This document shows positions 50,004 through 59,776 of a stretch of DNA of 64,000 nt, one piece after another. The first letter of the stretch is position 1. Every line of letters starts with the position of its first letter. Source of the DNA: Candidatus Borrarchaeum weybense (lineage in GTDB: Archaea > Asgardarchaeota > Sifarchaeia > Borrarchaeales > Borrarchaeaceae). Made by a program: the position numbers and the translations under genes. The stretch is taken from assembly GCA_019057385.1 (NCBI GenBank), contig JAHQJS010000004.1:576001-640000 (forward strand). The letters are read 5' to 3'. The notes under the pieces were generated by a model, which worked only from the letters and a program-made list of their open reading frames with translations, had not been told where the DNA came from and searched no databases.

Positions 50004-51391
50004 CTTAATAGGCGGGAACTCTCCTTCCAACAGGTGGGGGCTGAAAGTCGCTGGCTTTATATAGAGTTTATGGCTATAACCTAGTAAGTAACAGAGTTCT
50101 ACGTGAAGTCCATGAAACTCACACAGAAAATCAGGATTTTTCCGACACCAGAACAGGAAGCAGTTCTCTGGAAACTTTCGGAGAAATGCAGGCTCATCTA
50201 TAACTTTGCCCTTGCCGAGAGAAGGGACGCCTATAAACACGGGATATCGGGTGTGAATTACCGCACACAACAAAACGACCTGCCACTCATCAAACAACAC
50301 TTCCCAGAGTATACGTGGGTGTATTCCAAGGTCTTACAGTATGCTCTCAGGTCGTTAGCCGCCGATTACGAGTCGTTTTTTGCCCTTCGGAAAAATGGGC
50401 ATGCCGATGCCTGTCTCCCGCGATTCAAAGGCAAACAGTACTTCACCACCATGGTGTATAACCAGTCGGGGTTCAGGATCAAACCCGGAAAGATTACCTT
50501 TTCCCACAAATACAATGATATGCCTTTGGAGTTTACCATCCCTGACAAATTTTCTTTTGACGAAAAGCAGGTAAAACAGGTCGCCATCTCATCATATAGA
50601 AGTCAATATTTTGTGAGCCTCACCTACGAATTGGAAGACCACCCCTATGTGGATAACGGACGATACCAAGCCATCGACCTCGGCATTACCCATATCGTTA
50701 CGGCGGTCAATTCCAAGGGGAAGTTCTTGATGGTGAAAAATCAGCGTCCTGACAAATATTGGAATCCGAAAATCGCCGAGGTACAATCGCGGAAGGATAA
50801 GTGTAAGAAGTTCAGCAAAAGGTGGAAACTGCTCAATAAGATCAAACACAAGTACGAGCGAAAACGGGATGAACAGACCCGTGATTTCCAGCATAAACTC
50901 AGCAGGAAACTGGTGGAAAACACTAGGGCTAACACTCTGATCGTGGGCGAACTGGACGTCAAACACATGGCACAATCGAACAAGGTGCCGAAACCCATGA
51001 GAGCGGGATTGAACCGCGCCACACAGAACAGCGGGTCGCTGGGACGGTTCGTGCATTTTCTAACCTACAAGTCCAGGCGAGTAGGTAAAAGGACAATAGA
51101 AATTGACGAACGAAACTCGACCAAAGAATGTTGGGTGTGCGGTAAACTGCACTGTATGCCAATTTGGAAACGAATTATGAGTTGTGACTGTGGTAACGTG
51201 ATAGCGAGGGACAAAAATAGTTGTGTTGTCCTTATGAAACGTTATCTATCACAGAATGCCAAGTGGACAGGCTATCGGGTATTTCTCGATAATCTGCGAT
51301 ACACAGCCAAATGTAAAACGAAAGTTTCTCCCCCGGTAGGGAGTTAGGAGGACTCGCAGGAAGCCCCATCCGTCAGGGTGGGGTAGTTCAC
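50004..51391 (+). mobile_element. IS200/IS605-family, IS1341-type (tnpB-only) element
   Basis: Left-end hairpin after TTTAA (49999-50003; boundary approximate); internal TTTATATA; right end GAAG-ccccatcc/gggtgggg-tagtTCAC at 51391; visibly more GC-rich than the flanks. Confidence 0.85.
50103..51347 (+). CDS. tnpB: TnpB RNA-guided endonuclease
   Basis: KIRIFPTPEQ, CRLIYNFAL, PRFK, AIDLG (RuvC-I), CWVC..CDC zinc finger, RDKNS (RuvC-III). Confidence 0.93.
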   Translation: MKSMKLTQKIRIFPTPEQEAVLWKLSEKCRLIYNFALAERRDAYKHGISGVNYRTQQNDLPLIKQHFPEYTWVYSKVLQYALRSLAADYESFFALRKNGHADACLPRFKGKQYFTTMVYNQSGFRIKPGKITFSHKYNDMPLEFTIPDKFSFDEKQVKQVAISSYRSQYFVSLTYELEDHPYVDNGRYQAIDLGITHIVTAVNSKGKFLMVKNQRPDKYWNPKIAEVQSRKDKCKKFSKRWKLLNKIKHKYERKRDEQTRDFQHKLSRKLVENTRANTLIVGELDVKHMAQSNKVPKPMRAGLNRATQNSGSLGRFVHFLTYKSRRVGKRTIEIDERNSTKECWVCGKLHCMPIWKRIMSCDCGNVIARDKNSCVVLMKRYLSQNAKWTGYRVFLDNLRYTAKCKTKVSPPVGS

Positions 51392-51481
51392 GGTGAGACA
51401 AAGAACCAATTAACTACGAATATAATTGGACGAAGGAGAAACCACGCCTTTTGCCCACGCCAAAGATAAGGTGATGGAAAG

Positions 51482-53476
51482 ATGTCAGATAATTTCGTAA
51501 CAGTTAAAGGAACGAAATATTACGTTGAAAACGGCACACTAGACCTTCACGGAAAAGGAATTGCTGATCTTACCGAAATCAAAGGATTAGAAACACTCAC
51601 TGATCTTCGAAGAATAGACCTTAAGAAGAACCAAATAAAAGAAATTAAGGACTTAGAATATCTTATCAATCTCCGAGAACTAGATCTTAGGGAGAATCAA
51701 ATAGAAGAAATTCAAGGCTTAGAGACGCTTACCAATCTCCGAGAACTAGATCTTTGTGTAAATCATATAAACGAGATCAAAGGCTTGGAAAACCTTACTA
51801 ACCTACAAATACTGAATCTTTGTGACAATCGAATATCAGAACTCAAGGGCTTAGAGACCCTTACTGACCTCCAAGAACTAGACCTTGTTTGGAATCGAAT
51901 AAAAGACCTTAAAGCGTTGGAGCGGCTTACCAATCTAAGAAAACTTTATCTTCAGCACAATCAGATAAAAGAGCTTAAGGGTTTGGAGACGCTTACTAAT
52001 CTCAAAGAACTGAATCTTAGTGAAAATGATATAAATGAGATCAACGGCTTGGATCAACTTACTAATCTCCAAAAACTAAATCTTAGTGGTAATCAAATAG
52101 AGGAACTCAAAGGATTGGAGCGTCTCACCAACCTCAAGACACTAATACTTAGTGTTAATCGGATAAGAGAAATCAAGGGTTTGGAAACACTCACCAATCT
52201 CCAAGAACTATACATATGGGCTAATCCCATAAGAGATGATGAGAGGCTCTTAATAGGGCGACTTGGACAGGAACTTGTGAAATATTGTCAAGAGAAAACA
52301 AAAATGGAATTTGTAAAATTTAGAGAAACAAAGTACTACGTAAAAAATGGCAAACTAGATCTTTCTGGAAAAAGAATCAAAGATATTAACGAGATCACAG
52401 GATTAGAAACACTTGCTAATCTCCGAGAACTAGATCTTCAGCACAATCATATAAAAGACCTTCAGGGTTTGGAGATCCTTACTACCCTTCAAAAACTTAA
52501 CCTTAGTGAGAATGACATAAAAGAGATCAGGGGACTGGAAAAACTCATAAATCTTCAAATACTCGATCTAAGTCATAATCGCAAAATCAAAGAGATCAAG
52601 GGATTGAATCACCTTGTAAATCTCCAAGAACTAAACCTTAGTGACAATCAGATAAAAGAGCTCAAAGGATTGGAAACACTCACTAACCTTCAGGAACTAG
52701 ATCTTAGTGAAAATTACATAGAAGGGATCAAGGGACTGAAGACGCTTAGTAATCTACAAATACTACATCTCTATGATAATCGGATAAATGAGATTAAGGG
52801 CTTAAAGACTCTTACCAATCTCCGAAAGCTATACCTCTATGATAATCGGATAAAAGAAATTAAGGGCTTGGAGACTCTTACCAACCTTCAAGAACTAGAT
52901 CTTTTTGCGAACCAGATAAGAGATGAAGAATGGTCTTTAGTAGAGAGACCCGCTCAAGAACTTGTGAAATATTGTCAAGAAAAAGCAGAAATGACGAAAG
53001 AGGAACTCAAAATCACTTTAAAGAAAAAAATTGATGAGCAATATATTGCGGATAATTTTGTGACGGTTAAAGGAACAAAATATTATGTCGAATACGGCAC
53101 ACTAGATCTTCACAGAAAAGGAATTACTGATCTTACCGAAATCAAAGGATTGGAGCATCTCAGTTACCTCGAAATACTAGATCTTAGTTATAACCATATA
53201 GAAGAGCTTAAAGATTTAGAACATCTTTCTGACCTAAAAGAACTACATCTTTATGCGAATCAAATAAAAGAACTCAAAGGATTAAAAAGGCTTATTCAGC
53301 TCGAACTATTAGACCTTAGGGACAATAATATAGAAGAAATTAAAGGGTTGGAGCACCTTGTTCACCTAAAAAGGCTATATCTCGGAGGAAATCCGATAAG
53401 AACAGATGAACACTATCTTATACCAAGACCTGCGCAAGAAGTTGTGAGATACTGCCAAGAAAAACTGAAAAAGTAA
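51482..53476 (+). CDS. SDS22-like leucine-rich-repeat protein with three capped LRR modules
   Basis: 22-aa LxxLxLxxNxIxxIxGLExLTN repeats; three FVxxxxTKYYV..G.LDL N-caps and three QE(L/V)V(K/R)YCQEK C-caps. Confidence 0.92.
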   Translation: MSDNFVTVKGTKYYVENGTLDLHGKGIADLTEIKGLETLTDLRRIDLKKNQIKEIKDLEYLINLRELDLRENQIEEIQGLETLTNLRELDLCVNHINEIKGLENLTNLQILNLCDNRISELKGLETLTDLQELDLVWNRIKDLKALERLTNLRKLYLQHNQIKELKGLETLTNLKELNLSENDINEINGLDQLTNLQKLNLSGNQIEELKGLERLTNLKTLILSVNRIREIKGLETLTNLQELYIWANPIRDDERLLIGRLGQELVKYCQEKTKMEFVKFRETKYYVKNGKLDLSGKRIKDINEITGLETLANLRELDLQHNHIKDLQGLEILTTLQKLNLSENDIKEIRGLEKLINLQILDLSHNRKIKEIKGLNHLVNLQELNLSDNQIKELKGLETLTNLQELDLSENYIEGIKGLKTLSNLQILHLYDNRINEIKGLKTLTNLRKLYLYDNRIKEIKGLETLTNLQELDLFANQIRDEEWSLVERPAQELVKYCQEKAEMTKEELKITLKKKIDEQYIADNFVTVKGTKYYVEYGTLDLHRKGITDLTEIKGLEHLSYLEILDLSYNHIEELKDLEHLSDLKELHLYANQIKELKGLKRLIQLELLDLRDNNIEEIKGLEHLVHLKRLYLGGNPIRTDEHYLIPRPAQEVVRYCQEKLKK

Positions 53477-53543
53477 AGAAATGAGTGGCAACGCTTATTT
53501 TGAATGAGTTTTGACCCCTTCTAGAATATCTTTTAATTGGCGT

Positions 53544-53738
53544 TTAGGCTCTCAATCCTTTCACTATAAATCGTAATCCTAGAAGCAAGAGAAAAAAAGC
53601 GAGTCCATAGGCGAAAATCGGTACAAATGGTGAATATGGATATAACTGTATCCATACCGCTTGATTTAGAATTATTAGAAGGAGAATACCAATAATAATG
53701 CAGCTTACTCCCACTATCATAAAACTTAACTGTTTCAT
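53544..53738 (-). CDS. Small 2-TM membrane protein
   Basis: ATG 53738 after GGAGG; two hydrophobic segments. Confidence 0.55.
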   Translation of the reverse strand: MKQLSFMIVGVSCIIIGILLLIILNQAVWIQLYPYSPFVPIFAYGLAFFLLLLGLRFIVKGLRA

Positions 53739-53790
53739 TGCCTCCCTCTCCGTAAAACCTCTCTTAAAGGCTAGACTAATTAGATCAAAG

Positions 53791-53982
53791 TTATTCAGTT
53801 TCGCTTGAGGCATCTGCATGTCCGATTTGCGCACGTTTTAGTGCGACATTTATTTTTCGCTTGTCTGTTCCAATGGTTTTTATGATTTTTTCAATTAATC
53901 TCCGAGTCTTAGCACCTTTAAGACCTCTCTCTTTCATAATTTCCTTTGCATATTCCTTTGCAAATTCGTCACTGTTGCTCAT
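53791..53982 (-). CDS. Small basic hypothetical protein
   Basis: GGTGA SD; co-oriented after the TPR gene. Confidence 0.55.
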   Translation of the reverse strand: MSNSDEFAKEYAKEIMKERGLKGAKTRRLIEKIIKTIGTDKRKINVALKRAQIGHADASSETE

Positions 53983-53999
53983 ATTGTCACCTGTTTTTT

Positions 54000-54548
54000 T
54001 TATTTTATATCAGAAAGTTCCAATACTCGCATCTTACATTTTAAAGACTCATCATATTCTCCTAAGAGCTTATATAATTCTGCTAAATTTTCCCATGTAT
54101 GAATATCTGTATCATCCATGTCTAAGATCTTCAAAAAGTAGTCGATAGCCTCTTTTGCTTTTCCTATACGCGTATATAATATAGCTAAGTTGTTTAATGC
54201 GTCTTTATTTGTTTCATCAGAAGTTAGTGCATTTTCTAAGTATTCCTGTGCCTTTGAATATTCTCCTAGTTGAATATATGCGACAGCAAGAGCATTTTGT
54301 ATCTTTAAATTTCTTGAAATATATTTTCCTTCTTTTTCTGATGTAACTATGCTTAATGCGGTTTTTAGATGCTCAAGCGCTTGATTAAATTTTCTTATCT
54401 GAATGTATGCTTTCCCTAAAGCCATCAACGCGTCTACATCGGAGGGATTCTCCTCAATTAATTTTCTATAGTGTTCTATCTTTTCTACACCCTCTTTAAC
54501 GGCAAGGAGATCGATATTTAGTTCATTACCCTTGACAGAATTTTCCAA
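54000..54548 (-). CDS. TPR-repeat protein
   Basis: ALMALGKAY, NALAVAY, LNNLAILY and WENLAELY TPR helices. Confidence 0.88.
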   Translation of the reverse strand: MENSVKGNELNIDLLAVKEGVEKIEHYRKLIEENPSDVDALMALGKAYIQIRKFNQALEHLKTALSIVTSEKEGKYISRNLKIQNALAVAYIQLGEYSKAQEYLENALTSDETNKDALNNLAILYTRIGKAKEAIDYFLKILDMDDTDIHTWENLAELYKLLGEYDESLKCKMRVLELSDIK

Positions 54549-54574
54549 GTTTCTCTCTTCCTTGAGTTTCAGTG

Positions 54575-54988
54575 TTACTTTTTCAAGGGTGTAGGCCCTA
54601 ATGTGCGTAATTTTTCTGTAAATTCCTCTACAACATTTTTGAACTTCATACCTTCAGAAGCAGAAACCCATTCTAAACGAAGACGTTCTGGAGATATACC
54701 CATGAGTTCTAAAAATTTTTTAGTCTGTTCAACGCGTTCTTTTGCGCGTTCGTTTCCATTTTGATAATGGCAATCACCAATGTGACATCCACCTACCAAA
54801 ACCCCATCTACACCTCGATTGAAAGCGTCAAGAATGAACGACGGTTCTACTCGTCCAGAACACATTACGCGAATAATTCGAATATTTGGTGGATATTGAA
54901 ATCGTGAAACTCCAGCTAAATCTGCTCCCGCATAGGAACACCAGTTACACAAAAAGGCTACTATCTGCGGTTCATAGGATTTACTCAT
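54575..54988 (-). CDS. mvhD: MvhD/FlpD [2Fe-2S] subunit, Cys form
   Basis: FLCNWCSYAGADLAG, MCSGR, GCHIGDCHY, WVSASEG. Confidence 0.95.
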   Translation of the reverse strand: MSKSYEPQIVAFLCNWCSYAGADLAGVSRFQYPPNIRIIRVMCSGRVEPSFILDAFNRGVDGVLVGGCHIGDCHYQNGNERAKERVEQTKKFLELMGISPERLRLEWVSASEGMKFKNVVEEFTEKLRTLGPTPLKK

Positions 54989-55003
54989 CTTTTATCACCG
55001 AAG

Positions 55004-55171
55004 GAGATTCCCTCCTAAAGGAAGGGGTAGTTGACTTTATATTATCGCACGAGAAGGTTTCCCCAGTTTATAGGGGAGATGAATCGTACTACCTTTAAAT
55101 AATTTTCCCGTATTTAAATACCTGTGTTTCGTTGTGAGCGTGATGTTTGGGGGGTATAGAAGCCAGTTCAC
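55004..55171 (+). mobile_element. Degenerate IS200/IS605 end relics (right end, then left end, then decayed right end)
   Basis: ccctcc-taaa-ggaagggg-tagttgac (to 55035); gcacga..tcccc/gggga-gatgaa-tcgtac-TTTAAATA (left-end architecture); gaagcc-agttcac (to 55171). Confidence 0.55.
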
Positions 55172-55176
55172 TCATC

Positions 55177-58100
55177 TTAAGCCTCTTCGGATAAACAGGC
55201 TCTTACCATATCCACTATTTGCTCTGTCGTAAAGTGTCTGTGAGATATTGCGTTTACTGGACACGCTGCCACGCAAGTTCCACACCCTTTACATGTTGCT
55301 TGGTTAACGCGGCTTTTCCTCTCAATTAACTTAATATCTTCAAACTCTCTAACTATTTCGACAGGCTCGATGGCGTTATATGGGCAGATTGAAATACATG
55401 TCCCGCATCCTATGCATCTATCTTCATCAATAACAGCTGTTGTACCAATCGTTTCTAAAGTTCCTCTGCTCAATAAAATACCTGCCCTTGAGGCCGCACC
55501 ACTTGCTTGTGCTATTGCTTCCCCTACACTTTTAGGACCATGTGCAACTCCACATAGAAAGATTCCATCTGTAGCGAAATCAACTGGGCGCAGTTTCACG
55601 TGTGCTTCGAGGAAAAAGCCTCCTTCCTCTTCACTAACAAGTGGGACTTTCAGCTGCTTTGATAATTCCTTTGCATCCTCTTGGGCAATTAAGGGTGTGC
55701 TTAAAACAATTAGGTCACTGTCTAAACAGAGTTTCGTGTTCGATACCGTATCGAAAACCTCTACATTTACTTTGTCATCCATAACATTTACAGATGGTGG
55801 TTTGTCTTCGGTATACCTTAAGAAAGTGATGTTCTGACCTCGTGCTTTGCGATAATATTCCTCTAGATTTTTCGCGGGCGTAACGATATCTCTGTTGCAG
55901 ATATAGATATTCGCATTTGGTAGTCGCTCACGAAGAAGCATTGCATTTTTTAGTGCCGCTGTACAACAAATTCTACTACAATACGTTCTGCCTTCCTTTT
56001 CTCGGGCACCTACACATTGAATCGTCACAATGTTTTCTAAGTCGTCAATTTCTTCGTTTTTGAGGCGATTTTCTAGTTCTAACTGTGTGATAATATTACC
56101 GCTTTTTCCAAAAGCAAACATTCCTTCTGGTTCAAAAACCTGACCACCAGTTGCAACAACAATTACGCCGACTGTAATTTCTTTTGTATCAGATTTATTT
56201 TCTAAAATTTCTACGTTGAAATTGCCTACATATCCTTCAATTGATTTAATCTCAGAATTCAAGAAGGTTTTAATATTAGGTTGTTCTTTTACTGCTTTAA
56301 CCTTTTTCTGAATGATATCTTCCGCTAATTCATCTTTTGGCGCTATTTTATATAGGTCCTTAAGTAAACCTCCTAGCTCATTCTCCCGTTCAACAAGATA
56401 TGTTTGAAAGCCTCGACTTGCGATATCTAAGGCGGCAGCCATACCGGAAACACCTCCACCGATGACTAACGCCTCTTGTTTGACGTCTATATATCTTACT
56501 TCAATTGGTTCGAAACGTCTTGCTTTTGAGGTGTACATCCGTACAAGGTCTTTTGCTTTCTGTGTCGCTTCGGTAGGTTGCTTCATATGAACCCATGAAC
56601 ACTGATCTCTGATGTTTACTAGTTCAAAAAGGAATGGATTGAGTCCCGCTTCTTCACACGTCTTCATAAATAATGCTTCATGTGTCCTTGGAGTGCATGA
56701 TGCCACAATTAATCTGTTCAAATCACGTTCCTTTATCATATCTTTCAAAACATTTTGAGCTTCAGATGAGCATGCATATCGGTTTTCAACAGCAACTTCT
56801 ACGTTAGGAAGCGATTTTGCATATTCCACCACTTCAGGAACGTCCACCACACCACCAATATTGATACCACAATGACAGACCATAATACCGATCCGTGGTT
56901 CTTCATCTGGTTTTATTTCTCGAACAGGGGCAATACGGTCTTTCTCCTCAAGAACTCCTCTTTCAATACGTCCAAGAATTTTTCCTACCTTGGCAGCAGC
57001 ACCACTTGCTTGGGCAACAGTATCAGGGATATCTTTTGGTCCTTGGGCAAGACCTGCGCTAAATATCCCAGGAACGCTTGTTTCATTGATTGCGTCCGCG
57101 CTTTTTTCTTTAATGAATCCATTCTTATCTGTTTCTATGCCAAGAATCTTTGCCAATTCTTGTGTGCCTGCTGATGGAATAAGAGCCGGGCATAATACAG
57201 CCATATCTACTTTTAACTCTTCTACTGCGTCTTTATTAAAATTATAAAGATATAACGTCAACTCATGAGTATCGAGATCTTCTTTGATATTACAAACTCT
57301 TCCACGATTGTATGTTACCCCATATTCGTCGCGCGCTCTCATGGTATATTCATTAAATCCTTTACCATGTGCCCTTAAATCGATATAACAAATATGCTCT
57401 TCCATATCAGGTTCATGTTCTTTAGTGATAATAGCCTGCTTTGTAGCATACATACAACACACTGCTGAGCAATATTCCTTTCTTCTTACGTCACGAGAAC
57501 CGACGCATTGAATCCACGCTATTTTTTTAGGCGGCTTTTGATCCGAAGGGCGTAATATATGTCCATGAGTTGGTCCTGAAGCACACATAATTCGTTCGTA
57601 TTCTAAACTTGTGACAACATTTGGATATGTACCATATCCGTATTCTGTCATGTCTGAAGGATCATAGACATCCAAGCCAGTAGCGACAATGATAGCACCT
57701 ACATTAAGGTCTAGAATCTTTTCTTTTTGTTCAAAATCTATTGCGCCTTGGGTACATGCCTCTTGACATGGGGGTGTTTCTCCTTTCTTCCCGCATTGTC
57801 CTATTTTAAGATAAAGACATTTATTCTCATCAATGGTTGCGACTTGGGGGACTGCTTGTAAAAATGGGATATATACAGCTCCTCTCTTACCTATACCCAC
57901 TTCAAACTCGCTTGGAATTCTATCTTTAAGTCGACAAACAGCAATGCATTGCACACAGCCAGTGCATTTGCTTTCATCGATGTATCGTGGTTTTTTTCGA
58001 ACTGTTACTGTAAAATTGCCAGCAGCACCAGAAACCTCAGAAACCTCAGAATATGCGTGTAACTTGATATTTGGATGTCGTGCAACTTCTACCATTTTTG

Positions 58101-58296
58101 GCGCTAGTATACAAAGTGCACAATCACCTGTTGGGAATGTCTTGTCTAACTGTGACATTCGTCCACCGATGCTTGGCGTTCTTTCAACTAAATGAACAGT
58201 ATAACCATTATCAGCTAAATCTAAGGAGGCTTGCATTCCAGCAACTCCTCCGCCAATTACTAGCACTTCAGATACTTCAGATGCTTCCATCTTCAT
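55177..58296 (-). CDS. hdrA: Large HdrA-like flavoprotein with two FAD modules (Cys form)
   Basis: GGGVAG and GGGVSG; LDKTFPTGDCALCI; QCVGSR; CSAVCC; CHCGINI; ASCTPRTH; ferredoxin motifs. Confidence 0.93.
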   Translation of the reverse strand: MKMEASEVSEVLVIGGGVAGMQASLDLADNGYTVHLVERTPSIGGRMSQLDKTFPTGDCALCILAPKMVEVARHPNIKLHAYSEVSEVSGAAGNFTVTVRKKPRYIDESKCTGCVQCIAVCRLKDRIPSEFEVGIGKRGAVYIPFLQAVPQVATIDENKCLYLKIGQCGKKGETPPCQEACTQGAIDFEQKEKILDLNVGAIIVATGLDVYDPSDMTEYGYGTYPNVVTSLEYERIMCASGPTHGHILRPSDQKPPKKIAWIQCVGSRDVRRKEYCSAVCCMYATKQAIITKEHEPDMEEHICYIDLRAHGKGFNEYTMRARDEYGVTYNRGRVCNIKEDLDTHELTLYLYNFNKDAVEELKVDMAVLCPALIPSAGTQELAKILGIETDKNGFIKEKSADAINETSVPGIFSAGLAQGPKDIPDTVAQASGAAAKVGKILGRIERGVLEEKDRIAPVREIKPDEEPRIGIMVCHCGINIGGVVDVPEVVEYAKSLPNVEVAVENRYACSSEAQNVLKDMIKERDLNRLIVASCTPRTHEALFMKTCEEAGLNPFLFELVNIRDQCSWVHMKQPTEATQKAKDLVRMYTSKARRFEPIEVRYIDVKQEALVIGGGVSGMAAALDIASRGFQTYLVERENELGGLLKDLYKIAPKDELAEDIIQKKVKAVKEQPNIKTFLNSEIKSIEGYVGNFNVEILENKSDTKEITVGVIVVATGGQVFEPEGMFAFGKSGNIITQLELENRLKNEEIDDLENIVTIQCVGAREKEGRTYCSRICCTAALKNAMLLRERLPNANIYICNRDIVTPAKNLEEYYRKARGQNITFLRYTEDKPPSVNVMDDKVNVEVFDTVSNTKLCLDSDLIVLSTPLIAQEDAKELSKQLKVPLVSEEEGGFFLEAHVKLRPVDFATDGIFLCGVAHGPKSVGEAIAQASGAASRAGILLSRGTLETIGTTAVIDEDRCIGCGTCISICPYNAIEPVEIVREFEDIKLIERKSRVNQATCKGCGTCVAACPVNAISHRHFTTEQIVDMVRACLSEEA

Positions 58297-59213
58297 TCAC
58301 CTTGTTCAATTTTAGATAGAAATGTTTTAATTTTATCAGCAGGAACTCTATTGAATTGGAATCCAAGATCATCGAAAGTGTATCCAAGAGTTAAACCAAG
58401 AAGTTGTGGATAAAATAGTGCAGGGAGATCATACTTTGTCTTCAGTCTCCGTTCAATGTTTAATTGCTGTGTATCGAACATTTGTTCACAGAATGGACAT
58501 ATCATGATTGTACAGTCGGCCCCTGCCGCTTTAGCACTGTCTAATTTTTCTTGCGCGAGTTTTACAGCCACATCTTCGTTTATTGCTAAAATCGGCCCAC
58601 CACAGCACTTTAGCTGGTATTCCCAATCGATTGCTTGCGCTCCAGTTATGTCTACTAGATCTTCCAGGATATGCGGTCGCTCAGGATCATCTACTTGCAT
58701 AGCTTCTGATGGTTTAAGGCTGTGACATCCATAGAAGACGGCTGCTTTTAGACCATCAAAACGCATTGTCATTTTCTTTTCAATATTCTCAAGCCCATAA
58801 TCATAAAGCATTTTAATGTAATGATTGACCTCGATGGTTCCCTTAAATTCCGGCAACTCACTTTCTGTTAAAACAGTATTTACGCGTACGCGTAATTGCT
58901 CATCATGTTTCAAATGATGATTTGCTTCTTTTAAGGCCCCAAAACATCCATTGCATAACGCTACAATATCCAAATTCATCTCTTCAGCGATTACTAAATT
59001 TTTAGCAGCCATTGAAATCCATGTATCGAAATCCACAGACCTTAAGAAAACTGGGCCACAGCAGCCTGCGCCCCTTTCCTGCATGTCCACAAATTCTATT
59101 TCTAATGCTTCTGCGCACTTTCGGGCACTCACATCATAATTATTATATCGTTTTGGAATAGTACATCCAAGGAACAAAGCATATCGATGGTTCTTGCTCA
59201 TATTAATCGGCAC
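58293..59213 (-). CDS. hdrB: Heterodisulfide reductase subunit B
   Basis: FLGC, GCCG, CNGC, YGCH, CCGG, CPFC. Confidence 0.93.
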   Translation of the reverse strand: MPINMSKNHRYALFLGCTIPKRYNNYDVSARKCAEALEIEFVDMQERGAGCCGPVFLRSVDFDTWISMAAKNLVIAEEMNLDIVALCNGCFGALKEANHHLKHDEQLRVRVNTVLTESELPEFKGTIEVNHYIKMLYDYGLENIEKKMTMRFDGLKAAVFYGCHSLKPSEAMQVDDPERPHILEDLVDITGAQAIDWEYQLKCCGGPILAINEDVAVKLAQEKLDSAKAAGADCTIMICPFCEQMFDTQQLNIERRLKTKYDLPALFYPQLLGLTLGYTFDDLGFQFNRVPADKIKTFLSKIEQGE

Positions 59214-59736
59214 CCTCTTCCTCGATTAAATCCGTCATTTTAGTTTTTTTGAAGAGTCTTCTAATTCCTTGAACATCCGCTTCATCTAATGTGGGTAGTC
59301 CTAAATCTTCTCTATCCTCATTTTCAAAATCAGATATTTCATCTATCCTACCCATCTCAAAGATATTTTTTATTAAGGTCTTGAAAGCATCAGGCATATC
59401 TTTTTCTCTGGTGGCAATATTTTTGATAGCAAACAACACACTCGAAAGGTTAACCCGTTGTGGGCACCTTTCTGTGCATCCAAAACACGTTGAACATATC
59501 CAGATCGCTTTGCTGTTTAAAACCTCTTCTCTGAAGCCCAATAATGATTTTTGGATTATTTGGTGCGGTAAGATATCAAATGCGTCTTGAACTGGACACG
59601 TTGCCGAACATGTTCCGCATTGGTAACAATAAAATATCTGCTCTCCGTCAGGGTTTGCAGCAATTTCAAATTTGAAATTTGGGTCAAGTTGAGCGGTTTC
59701 AATGCATACCTTTTCAGTTTTTTCTTCATTTTCCAT
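59203..59736 (-). CDS. hdrC: Heterodisulfide reductase subunit C
   Basis: CYQCGTCSATCP and WICSTCFGCTERCP. Confidence 0.92.
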   Translation of the reverse strand: MENEEKTEKVCIETAQLDPNFKFEIAANPDGEQIFYCYQCGTCSATCPVQDAFDILPHQIIQKSLLGFREEVLNSKAIWICSTCFGCTERCPQRVNLSSVLFAIKNIATREKDMPDAFKTLIKNIFEMGRIDEISDFENEDREDLGLPTLDEADVQGIRRLFKKTKMTDLIEEEGAD

Positions 59737-59776
59737 AGGGTTTCCCTCTTTTTCCTCTCTTTCGTCAATTTCCTAT

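Noticed and set aside
51482-53476. CRISPR array or DGR target suggested by periodic DNA
   Set aside because: The 66-bp period is coding LRR; there are no spacers, cas genes or reverse transcriptase
54989-55176. SECIS between hdrA and the Cys-mvhD
   Set aside because: Neither flanking gene has an in-frame UGA, and the hairpins match IS200/IS605 ends instead
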